Shown: one piece after another, positions 25,125 through 35,379 of the stretch
Numbering within the stretch: position 1 is the first letter of the stretch
How the letters are laid out: the number at the start of each line of letters is the position of its first letter
Source of the DNA: Elsinoe ampelina
Taxonomy: Eukaryota
Direction of reading: 5' to 3'
NCBI GenBank assembly: GCA_010093995.1
Contig: ML992507.1
Location: forward strand, 1,175,868-1,239,867
DNA length: 64,000 nt
The notes under the pieces: generated by a model
Seen by the model: only the letters and a program-made list of their open reading frames with translations
What the model was told of the DNA's origin: nothing
Database searches by the model: none
Program-made: the position numbers and the translations under genes

Positions 25125-25892
25125 GAGGTCCTCTACGTCTTGGACCGACAATGGATTTTGCTAAGTCATTGCCGATTAATGTAACAATGTACAGATTTGT
25201 TATGAATAAGGTTCGCTACTTGCATGCAATTGGGGGAGTAGTACAAAGCATGTTCAAGCACAAGAAGCATACAAGCAGTCGGGAGCACAAGCAGCGAGAG
25301 CAAAGACGGAGCAAGCAAAAGATCGGGATCGGCAGGGCGAACACACGCGAGATGCGGCCGAGACTATGCCGTTCTGGGAAGGGAGGACCTGAGGTCCAGT
25401 CTGCAGCTGCACAGAGAAGATACGTACTGCAGCACAAAGGACGGCAGAGGAGGGGATGAAAAATGGATCAGACAACGAGGTCATTGAAAAGTCATTTGCT
25501 ACGTTCGGGCATAATTGGATGATACGTTTTTCTCTTTATTGTCCACATTCATGCTCGCCATTGTTGATCCTCGCCAGACCAGCCAAAACAAACCAAGTTG
25601 CGGCTCCCGGCCCAAGCGCAAAAAGGTCCCAAAGGTCCCGCATGCACGACGCCAACTCGTCGTCAACTCCAACTCCACCTGCGACGACCGTTCCACCCAG
25701 CCCGCCGCTCTTTCAACATTCTATCTTTTGCTCTCCCGGCCATCCCTGGTGTCGCGCAATCATCTCGTACACGCGCAGAAGAATTTTGACAGCATTGGAC
25801 CATGAAATAGTCGATCCCGCCCTCTTTCTCAACACCGACCGCGAAAACGTCACGCGTCCGTCCCGACGACCGCTCCTTCCTCGTCCGACACA

Positions 25893-27850
25893 ATGTCCTC
25901 TCGCGACAGCAGTCCGCTGAGCAGCCTGCCGAGCTCGCCGCTCAGCGAAGCAACCTCTCTATCACCACCACCAGAATTTCCTCCTCTGCATCTTCCACCT
26001 TCCCCACCTGCGTCTCAAGATTCTTCCGATGCAGAATCCCCCTGTCCTGATGGAATGGACTCGACAATAAGAGTGTCCAACAAGGACGGTCCACCCCCTG
26101 CGAAGAAACGACGCATCAGCGAACGCAAAGAGCGTACAACAGAGTATCTAGATATTCGTCATGATCCTGTCGAAGAGGATGAGCAGGAACATCTCGATCG
26201 ATTGATCAAAACTCTACACAAGCGACGCAAAATTGTCGTCGTGGCCGGTGCGGGTATTTCAGTGTCTGCTGGCAGTAAGTCTCTACCGCGCGACGACCTG
26301 GTCGAACTCAGCTAACATACCCCGCAGTCCCTGACTTCCGATCATCCACTGGTCTCTTCACATCGCTACGCTCAGAACATAACCTGAAAGGCTCTGGGAA
26401 AAGTCTGTTCGATGCCTCTGTCTACAAGGATGACGACTCTACGTCATCATTCCACGACATGGTACGATCAATGTCCAAATTGACCAAGAACGCACAACCT
26501 TCAAACTTCCATCACCTCCTCGCCACCCTAGCCGATGAAGGGAGGCTCCTACGACTGTATACACAAAACGTTGACGGCATTGATGTCGGTCTCGAGCCAT
26601 TGGCGACTACTGTTCCGCTTCGCAAGGTAGAGGGCAAATGGCCAAGGACTATTCAACTACACGGTGGATTGGCCAAAATGGTATGCTCAAAATGCAAGGC
26701 GCTATCCGATTTCGATGCCGACCTGTTCGATGGACCCGTCCCGCCTACCTGTCAGGAATGCGTCGAGATGGATCGAGTGCGCACGGACGTGGCTGGGAAG
26801 CGAAGCCACGGGATTGGTCGGCTCAGGCCCCGTATGGTCCTCTACAACGAGCATAATCCAGATGAGGAGGCCATTGGCAGTGTCGTATCAGAGGATTTGC
26901 GTAAGCGACCTGACGCCATTATCGTTGTTGGCACATCTCTCAAAATTCCCGGCGTGAGGCGAATCGTCCGAGAAATGTGCGCCACAGTCCGAGATCGCAA
27001 GGATGGTGTTGCAGTGTGGATCAACAACGACCCCGAGCCAACCGGCGTTGAGTTCAAAGACTGCTGGGATATCGTGGTGCAAGGTACTTGTGACGAGGTT
27101 GCTAGGTACGCAGCAATGAGGCGCTGGTACGAGCAGGGCGAGATTACTGAAGAGGAGTGGGAGGAAGCAGTCAAGACCAAGGCCGAAGTCGTCATCAACA
27201 AGGCCTACAAGCCACTCAGCAAGATTGCTCCATTCCGCTTGTCCTCAGGCTCGCCCGACTACTCACCGCTTCCTCGGAAGACCATTTCAGAAATTGGAGA
27301 CTTGACGACCGACAGCGAGGACATGCCATTTGGAGCACCGCCAACGCCGTCCAAATCCGCTCGCAACTCTCCAGCGAAAAAGACAGTAACGGCATTTGAC
27401 GCTATGAAGTCAAAGAAAGGCACAGAGACGAAGAAAACCGCGGCAAACAAGAAGTCCACAGGCAAGGCTGCGGCTACGATCAAAGCAAAGGCCGCGCCAA
27501 AGCACGCGAAAAAGCCTGCAAAGAAGGCCGAGCCCAAGGTCACAATCAGGCTCAACCAGACCATGACCCAGTCGAAATCCTCCGTGGCGGCGACAGGTAA
27601 AGGGGACAAGACTCCAACGAAAGCCGGCACGAAGAGGCGTGGCTCAGAGATAGATCCAGAGCAGGTCATGGGAGATGTGCCACAGAAGAATGTGCGCCGC
27701 AATTCACCTCCCAAGATCAGACTGCCCTCGAAGCTCCGCGAAGAGTTCTCGCCAGAACTCGGGGATCCAGTCCCCAAGATGGCGGCCTTGACCAGAGAGA
27801 CGGGCCATCAGGACTCACGCATGAGCATCTCCAGCATCCTCTCGGATTGA
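25893..27850 (+). CDS. HST4: NAD-dependent histone deacetylase, Hst3/Hst4-type sirtuin, 2 exons: 25893-26274, 26328-27850
   Basis: GAGISVSAG|IPDFRS across a 53-nt intron; RLYTQNVDG; QLHG; zinc cysteines CSKC/CQEC; GRLRPRMVLYNE; VGTSLKIPG; Lys-rich tail. Confidence 0.9.
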
Positions 27851-28378
27851 GGGCATATTATGACAGCGATGGACGATTTGGCATTTCTTACACAAACATA
27901 CAGGAGCATGGAGTACAAGGGGTTTCAGCTCGGTCTTGTCATGACCTAGAGCTTTGTTCATGTAGCTTTTGCATGTCGCTACAGAGAGTATTGTTATTGA
28001 ATAACTATTTCCTCGGCAGACATGGTCCCAATTGTGCTGTGCATGTTGTATATAGTCGCGCCATTTCTATCGTCTTCAACCCAATTGACGTGGCCGGATT
28101 TCGCCGACGACATCACACTCGGTCACGCTCGAGCATCCCTTCTTCTTCCATACATCGTCATGGTCCTTCCTCCTCGGTGTGATCCGCTAGAGACTCGAGA
28201 GTTGACGGTATGGTATGCTGTAGGATTTAGTCCGCCTAGCGAACAGATCTGGAGGCCAATGGCTATGACTGCGCAGCCGAATTGACTGTGCCCATAACTT
28301 TGAGTCACACAGATACACACGACACGACATCAAATTCAGCTATCTGACCTCAATGATCCCACAACTTCTAAACGTCAG

Positions 28379-29704
28379 ATGTCAGAACACATGACCAGCA
28401 ACGACTTTGGACGACAGCTTAGGCTCTCGTCCTTCAACTTTGACCCGGAGTATGTGCCACTCAACCACGGATCCTACGGCGCATTTCCCAAAGTCGTGAG
28501 GGACAAGCAAAGAATGATTCAGGACCTTACAGAACAGAGGTCAGACGCCTTTATTCGATACGGTATCCCCCATCACCTCAAGGTATCGAGACAGGCAATC
28601 GCAAACCTCCTTGGTGCCTCCTACCAAGAGCTCGTCTTCATCACCAATGCGACCACCGGCGTGAACACCGCCCTTCGCAACCTCAACTACCAACAAGGCG
28701 ACGTTATCGTCTACTTCAGCACAGCATACGGAGCCTGCGAGAAAACAATCCAGCACATCTGCGAGACCACCCCTGCTACCTCTCACCGCATCGGGGTGCA
28801 CTTCCCAATCGAAGATGACGAGTTACTGGATCTCTTCCGCACCGCCATCGCTCAGCTCCATAATGAGAACAAGCGGCCACGCATCGCCATGTTCGACACC
28901 GTGGCAACCTTTCCTGGCGTCCGTCTCCCCTTCGAGGCATTGGTCCAAGCATGCAAAGACCTCGGTGTACTGAGTCTAGTCGATGGCGCCCACGGTGTAG
29001 GCCATATCGACCTGACGCACCTCGGGAGGGTTCAGCCAGACTTCTTCACGAGTAATTGCTACAAGTGGCTTTACACCCCTCGACCATGTGCGATACTCTA
29101 CTTGCCGCGGCGGAACTGGGGGATCATCAGGACTACCATTCCAACTGGCAATGGGTTTGTCGTGGATCAAACAGCAACAGGCCCAGATGATCCGCTAGGT
29201 GCTCTGTTCTCCTGGCCGGCTGCGTCGGATATGAGTCCATATCTGTGTGTTCCTGCGGCATTGGCATTTCGTGAGCAAGAGCTCGGGGGCGAGGACAGTA
29301 TAAGGCGTTACTGCTTCGAGTTGGCCAAGGAAGGAGGACGAAGGGTGGCTGAGATACTGGGGACTGAGGTGCTAGACAACAAGAGTCGTAGCTTGAGTCA
29401 GTGCTGCTTCGCTATGGTCAGATTGCCACTGGTTTTCGATCAAGACAAGGAGGATGTCAATGATGCCGCTGATCAGCGACTACTCGCGCGAGACGGACCT
29501 GCGATCATCAAGTGGATTATGGAGACTCTGATGACGGACCACGATACCTGGGTACCTGGGAGGTTCTTCCAGGGCGCCTTGTGGGTCAGGATCAGTGCTC
29601 AGACTTACCTGGAGATGAAGGACTTTGAATGGATCGCTGGAGTGCTGGGCGACTTGTGCAGGCGAGTGGCAACAGAGGACGTATTACAAAAGGGTGAGGC
29701 ATGA
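28379..29704 (+). CDS. PLP-dependent class-V aminotransferase-fold enzyme, Egt2 (hercynylcysteine sulfoxide lyase)/LolT/cysteine desulfhydrase-like, intronless
   Basis: LNHGSYGA, NATTGVNT, VDGAHGVG, DFFTSNCYKWLYTPR (PLP lysine), WVRISAQTYLE. Confidence 0.85.
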   Translation: MSEHMTSNDFGRQLRLSSFNFDPEYVPLNHGSYGAFPKVVRDKQRMIQDLTEQRSDAFIRYGIPHHLKVSRQAIANLLGASYQELVFITNATTGVNTALRNLNYQQGDVIVYFSTAYGACEKTIQHICETTPATSHRIGVHFPIEDDELLDLFRTAIAQLHNENKRPRIAMFDTVATFPGVRLPFEALVQACKDLGVLSLVDGAHGVGHIDLTHLGRVQPDFFTSNCYKWLYTPRPCAILYLPRRNWGIIRTTIPTGNGFVVDQTATGPDDPLGALFSWPAASDMSPYLCVPAALAFREQELGGEDSIRRYCFELAKEGGRRVAEILGTEVLDNKSRSLSQCCFAMVRLPLVFDQDKEDVNDAADQRLLARDGPAIIKWIMETLMTDHDTWVPGRFFQGALWVRISAQTYLEMKDFEWIAGVLGDLCRRVATEDVLQKGEA

Positions 29705-30878
29705 ATGTGTATATCGATGGCCCAATATCGAGGCAGCAACAGAGATGGTTCACTTTCAGAGACCCATCGCACCCTCTCGAGTGATGTAGCATGTGATCTC
29801 GGCATTTCATAAGTACAAATTCATTCGCACCCCCTCACCACCTTATCGGGCCATCGCAAGCACTCTGCCGGCGACGGATCTAGGAGTTCCCGCAACGGCG
29901 ATGTCACTGCTGCTGACACATGTCTCATAGCGTTGTTCAGGCCCCTACATGCCGAGCACGGCCAACTTTGATGTCGAGGCTTCCAAGCAATACGGCAACG
30001 GATTTCGCTACACCATCATACTACAAGCACATCGCTCTCGGTATCGAGCTTCACACTCCTCGACTCCGGAATATTCCATCTTGGCATTATTTACTTGCTC
30101 AGTCGGACGGACGAGGTGATATAAAATGGTATGGCGGCTTCCATCGGCTTTCGTCGGCATAGCGAATATCATGCACCTAACAGCACCTCTCGAGCCTCTT
30201 TGCGTAAACAATGCATCTCGCACAGACACTAATGGAAGAGATTTCGACGCTACAATCTTCAAAGCTGCGCAATAGATGAAATGGATCGCTGGGCACTTTC
30301 GGGTCCCGGATGTCGCGCGTTCCTTGCCTGTTGCTCCGATTGGCCTTTTCCCCTGTTTCCTGCTCTTGGCCAGGCTAGAACAGCAGTTCAATGGCTTCTA
30401 GCTCTGCACGTTCCCAGAGCATCGACTTCTGGTGGGAAGTGTAGCCTTACGAAGACCTCTCGTGTGCGGTTCGGACATGTTTAGATTGCTCGGAGCTCAG
30501 TGACACCGCCTCACTTCATGCCGGAGTTCGAGATGTGTTCGTGCATGGACATTAATACCAAGAGGAAAGAATTTTCGAAATGGCTTCCATGCCATGGATA
30601 GCCGTGTGGTGATGGACAACAACACAGCGGCTCGTAGCTCCAACGGAAAAGTGCTGCAGTCTGTTACAGACTTACGAGGTATAAGACAAGGCTGCTGTCC
30701 CCGAAGATAAGTCATCTCATCAGCTCAAAGCATCATCGCATCCCTCGACCAGTACATCACGCAAACAATCAGCCCCTCTCATCTATCCTGTCCACTAGAA
30801 ACAGTCGACTCAACCCTCAACAACCCAGCCCAACCTCCACACCTAACCCGGAGTCCCAACCAACCACACCACCCCAAG

Positions 30879-31241
30879 ATGTTCACCCTCCCCACCATCC
30901 TCGCCCTCACTCTCTCCCTCACCACCGCCTCCCCTCTCACCCTCCGCCAACCCCACCCCACCTCCGTCCCAGCTCCAAGCTGCACCACAACCCTCGAATA
31001 CAACCCCACCTTCCACATCGAAGTCATGTACTCCACGACCGTGACGGCCACCAGCTCGGTCGACTGTGGTGGTTGCGCGCTCACGATCGTTGGCAAGGAG
31101 GAGGCGCCGGCGGAGACGCCTGCGCCGGAGATGCGGGCGAGAGGGGAGAGGAGGCAGGTGGAGGGAGGGGAAGAGGGAGGGGATCCGTTTGCTACGCGGA
31201 CGGTTTGGGAGACGGAGTGTGCTGTTAGTACTGCTTTGTAG
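30879..31241 (+). CDS. Small putatively secreted protein (120 aa, 4 Cys)
   Basis: Hydrophobic N-terminus MFTLPTILALTLSLTTA|SP, Thr-rich body, VDCGGCAL motif, C-terminal TEC; start context caagATG. Confidence 0.7.
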   Translation: MFTLPTILALTLSLTTASPLTLRQPHPTSVPAPSCTTTLEYNPTFHIEVMYSTTVTATSSVDCGGCALTIVGKEEAPAETPAPEMRARGERRQVEGGEEGGDPFATRTVWETECAVSTAL

Positions 31242-31496
31242 AGTACAAGGGGAGAAAAGGGGCTTGGGAGACAGGATGGGTGGAAGAGAATGGGGGAAGG
31301 GGAGAGGAGGGTGGGGCTTGGACCAGACGAGCTGGCTTAGGCGGCAGAGGAGGGTACGTGGAAGGGAAATACGGACATGGAAAAGTTATGGCTTGATATA
31401 GACTTCAGATAATCATATTTCCTTCGATTGCTCACCACACCCACTCCCTGAGCCAGTACCCCCATCGTAAAACTCAGCCCCCATTGCCATCACAAC

Positions 31497-32801
31497 CTAC
31501 ATCTTCGCCCCCTTCAACATCTTCCCCATCCACTCCCCGCCCAACACCCCCAGCACCTCCTTCCCCAAAACCTGCCCCTCCCCCTCCTTCATCCCCCTGA
31601 TCTCCCCCTCCCACTCCCCCTCCTCCCTCCTCCACCTCCCCACCTCCTTCCCCAGCCACTCCGCCGCATGGCCCGCACACTCCTCCACCCTCTCCATCGC
31701 CACCAAATGCCCACAATCAACACTCACCTCCTTGGTCCCGCCCGTCTTCACACCCCCATTCCCACCCGGCCCCGTCCCCGTCACGGCCATCTTATCCGTC
31801 CTCAAAAGCGGAGTGGACACCTCGCTCGTCTCCCCGAAGATATACAGCACCGTCGGCCTCACGAACGGCAGGCGATGGAACGTCTCGCTCGGTTCGGGGC
31901 GGTAGAACGGCGTCGCGGGGGGGTCGAGCCGGGTGTCGACGTCGGGATGGGTGCGGGGGTTGGGGACGCGGCCGGGGTCGGGACGGGACGGGGAGGGGAG
32001 GTTGGGGCGGAGGAAGGAGAAGACCTCGTTGTGTTTAGTCGTGCGGAGGGTGACGGGGGTGGCGCCCTCGATGCGTCCGCGGACGAGGGTCGGCGAGGAG
32101 GCGTCCGGGTAGAGGCGCGTGGGGAGGTCGCGGAGGCCGTGCTCGGTCCAGCGCTCGAGGACCCGTGGGTCCCATGCTTGGTAGAATTTGGATTTGGCGA
32201 ACGAGGTCGCGGCGGATGAGCGCGAGGGCCAGATGTCCCGGCGGACGGCGGAGGCGCGGGCGGGGAGGAAGTTGCCGACCCCGGGGACGCGGGCGATGAT
32301 GGGGTCGAGGAGGATGAGGGTGTGGAAGAGCCGGGGGTGCATGAGGGAGAGGTTGGTGAGGTTGTGTCCGCCCATGGAGTGGCCGATGCCGATGATGGGG
32401 CGTTGGAATTCCGAGGGGAAGTGGTTGACCAGGAGGAAGAGGTCGCGTGCGTGGTCGGTCCAGTAGGGGTCGTTGCCGAGGAGGTCTTCGTTTAGGACCG
32501 AGGAGTAGCCTTGCCATGCTGCGTCGGCGATCCAAATACCGCGGATTTTGATGCCTTGGGAGGAGAGACGGGCGTGAAGAGCATCCCAGAGGGGTTCATA
32601 GAGTTCCTTTGGGAAGCCATTGGCGTGAGCCCCGAGGATGGTGATGTCGCCTTCTTGTGGATTCGGGTTGTCGTGTGGAATATATTGCTTGACTGCGAGC
32701 CGCAGACGCTCTTCTTTGCCGCTCAGAGTGCCTCGATTGTATTGGCGAATATGTGAGCAGGGGACAGTATGCTCTTTGATGGCAAATATTGAAGTCGACA
32801 T
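31497..32801 (-). CDS. Alpha/beta hydrolase (Abhydrolase_6; MpaH/Lpx1-like), probably peroxisomal
   Basis: AHANGFPKELYEPLW, nucleophile GHSMG, LILLDP, GHLVAME; C-terminus -AKM is a PTS1-like tripeptide. ATG at 32801 (MSTSIFAIKEH). Confidence 0.85.
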   Translation of the reverse strand: MSTSIFAIKEHTVPCSHIRQYNRGTLSGKEERLRLAVKQYIPHDNPNPQEGDITILGAHANGFPKELYEPLWDALHARLSSQGIKIRGIWIADAAWQGYSSVLNEDLLGNDPYWTDHARDLFLLVNHFPSEFQRPIIGIGHSMGGHNLTNLSLMHPRLFHTLILLDPIIARVPGVGNFLPARASAVRRDIWPSRSSAATSFAKSKFYQAWDPRVLERWTEHGLRDLPTRLYPDASSPTLVRGRIEGATPVTLRTTKHNEVFSFLRPNLPSPSRPDPGRVPNPRTHPDVDTRLDPPATPFYRPEPSETFHRLPFVRPTVLYIFGETSEVSTPLLRTDKMAVTGTGPGGNGGVKTGGTKEVSVDCGHLVAMERVEECAGHAAEWLGKEVGRWRREEGEWEGEIRGMKEGEGQVLGKEVLGVLGGEWMGKMLKGAKM

Positions 32802-33348
32802 CGTGCTATACTGTGCTCTGCGAGTTGCGGGGCGACGGCGCACTACTCTATCGCTCCTTGATGAGTCCGGAGAATGGACAACCAGGACCAGATGGTAATA
32901 TGTATTATATCGATACAGGAAGATCACTTGTGGATATACTGAGCAGGTCTGAAGTTTGTATACTCATCTGATGGCGATTACATGGTTGACCTGAGGGCCT
33001 TCGGCAGTCGACGTTGGACTTCCCGAGGTTGTGGTTCAGCTTCAGAGGTTAGCCGGCAGTCTTCTCGGGCCATTCACGGGGAGGCTGCATGACCACAGAT
33101 TGCACCATATCGAAGGCATTTCAAGAGACAGTGAGAATGACGAACACAAGATCATCATTGAACCATTTATTCTCTGTTCAGTAGTCGTAGAAGGAAAAAG
33201 GAAAAGCCAAGCGCCATTGCTCGCTCGACAAGTCACAAAAGGACAAGTCGTCTATCGCCCCCAACCCAACATCGCTTCTGTGACGGAAGAGGAATTACTG
33301 CTGACTGGTATCTTGGACGGACGGCTCGGGTACGTTGAAGGTCGTGAT

Positions 33349-34966
33349 TTACTCCTCAGCCTCAAGAGGCGCCTCCTCCTCGTAATCCTCCTCACCCTCG
33401 GACACGGATGCCTCCTGGTACTGCTGGTACTCGCTGACCAAGTCGTTCATGTTGGACTCAGCCTCGGTGAACTCCATCTCGTCCATACCCTCGCCCGTGT
33501 ACCAATGCAAGAAGGCCTTGCGACGGAACATGGCAGTGAACTGATCGCCGACACGCTTGAAGAGTTCCTGGATCGAGGTCGAGTTGCCGACGAAGGTGGA
33601 CGACATCTTCAGACCACGTGGAGGAATGGAGCAGAGGGCGGTCTGGACGTTGTTGGGAATCCACTCGACAAAGTATGAGGGGTTCTTGTTCTGGACGTTG
33701 CGGATCTGATCCTCAACCTCCTTCATGGAGATCTTGCCACGGAAGATGGCAGAGCAGGTGAGGTAGCGGCCGTTGCGGAAGTCAGAAGCGGCCATCATGT
33801 TTCTCGGGTCGAAGATCTGCTGGGTAAGCTCAGGGACAGTGACGGCACGGAAGGAGTGGGCGCCACGGCTGGTCAGAGGAGCGAAGCCGACCATGAAGAA
33901 GTGAAGACGTGGGAACGGCACCATGTTGACAGCGAGCTTGCGAAGATCGGAGTTGAGCTGTCCAGGGAAGCGGAGGCAGGTAGTGACACCAGACATGACG
34001 GCGGAGACCAGGTAGTTGAGATCGCCGTATGATGGTGCGTTAAGCTTGAGGGTGCGCATGCAGATGTCGTAGAGAGCCTCATTGTCGATACAGAAGGTCT
34101 CGTCAGAGTTTTCGACGAGCTGATGGACGGAGAGGGTGGCGTTGTAAGGCTCGACGACAGTGTCGGAGACCTTTGGTGAAGGAACGACAGAAAAGGTCGC
34201 CATCATGCGGTCTGGGAACTCCTCACGGATCTTGGAGATCAGGAGGGTACCCATGCCGGCACCAGTACCACCACCGAGAGAGTGGGTGATCTGGAAGCCC
34301 TGGAGGCAATCACAGCCCTCAGCCTCACGACGAACGACATCCAAGACTTGGTCGACAAGCTCAGCTCCCTCGGTGTAATGACCCTTTGCCCAGTTGTTGC
34401 CTGCTCCTGACTGACCAAACACAAAGTTGTCGGGACGGAAAAGCTGACCGCATGGACCGGCACGGACAGCGTCCATGGTACCTGGCTCGAGATCGACGAG
34501 GACTGCACGCGGGACATACTTGTTGCCGGCGCCCTGGAAAATTGTGTGAGCTCATGTTATATGTGGGAGCCTTGGCGGCATCTCACCTCGTTGAAGTAGA
34601 CATTCATGCGTTCGAGCTGGAGATCTGAGGTACCATTGTAGCTTTGTGACAGTCAGTACCGCGTCACAAATGTTGGCGAATGCGTCTCGAGACATACACT
34701 CCGGATCCGTCAAGGCCATGCTCGCCTGAGATGGTCTGCCAGAAGGCGGCACCAATCTGGTTACCCTGAAGATTGTCAATACACCGTACTCGATCGTCGA
34801 TGAGACTTTTGGTGAATTGGACTTACGCATTGGCCGGTCTGAAGATGGACCTATTGAAACATGGTCAGCAGAGTTCTTCGTGAGTCGAGTGAAGCGGTGT
34901 GTTGCTGAAACGATCGACGCGCGATGCAGTCTTCGTGAGAGCGGCGAGACTTACAATTTCGCGCAT
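33349..34966 (-). CDS. TUB2: Beta-tubulin (447 aa), 5 exons: 34966-34955, 34850-34827, 34765-34698, 34641-34587, 34533-33349
   Basis: [43 protein letters not shown], acidic tail. Exon lengths sum to 1344 nt. Confidence 0.98.
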
Positions 34967-35379
34967 GGTGACAGAATGCGGATGTCTTGATTGTGAGGAA
35001 GCTCGTTATTGGATGGTGCGAGAGCTCAAGATAGACGTTGAGCAGATATCGTTTGATGGAGGGGACGACGCGACAGTGGGTGCGGGAGATTTCAGCTTTG
35101 TTCCGTGTAAACAGCGAGTCCCATTTAGGCTTGGCACCTGCAGGCGGCTGAGTGGGGTCTGCTTAGTAAGCATTTCCCGGTCAACTCAAGGTTTACTCAC
35201 AATGGTCTGGGTCAAAGAGACGGAGCACGTGTGGTATTATCCTAGCCCAACCTCACCTCCACATTACAGCAATAGTTCAACACTTCATAAAGCTATCACT
35301 GGAGAGCATAATACATGTTAGACCATAATTCGCTACTGCCAGACCACTCCACGACGGAGCCGCTCTGTCCTGTGTAATC

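Noticed and set aside
28379..32801. Secondary-metabolite cluster (PLP enzyme plus MpaH-like hydrolase)
   Set aside because: No PKS, NRPS, terpene synthase, transporter or cluster regulator nearby; flanked by HST4 and beta-tubulin.
33031..33678. 215-aa + strand ORF
   Set aside because: Antisense to beta-tubulin; a common by-product of strong codon bias.
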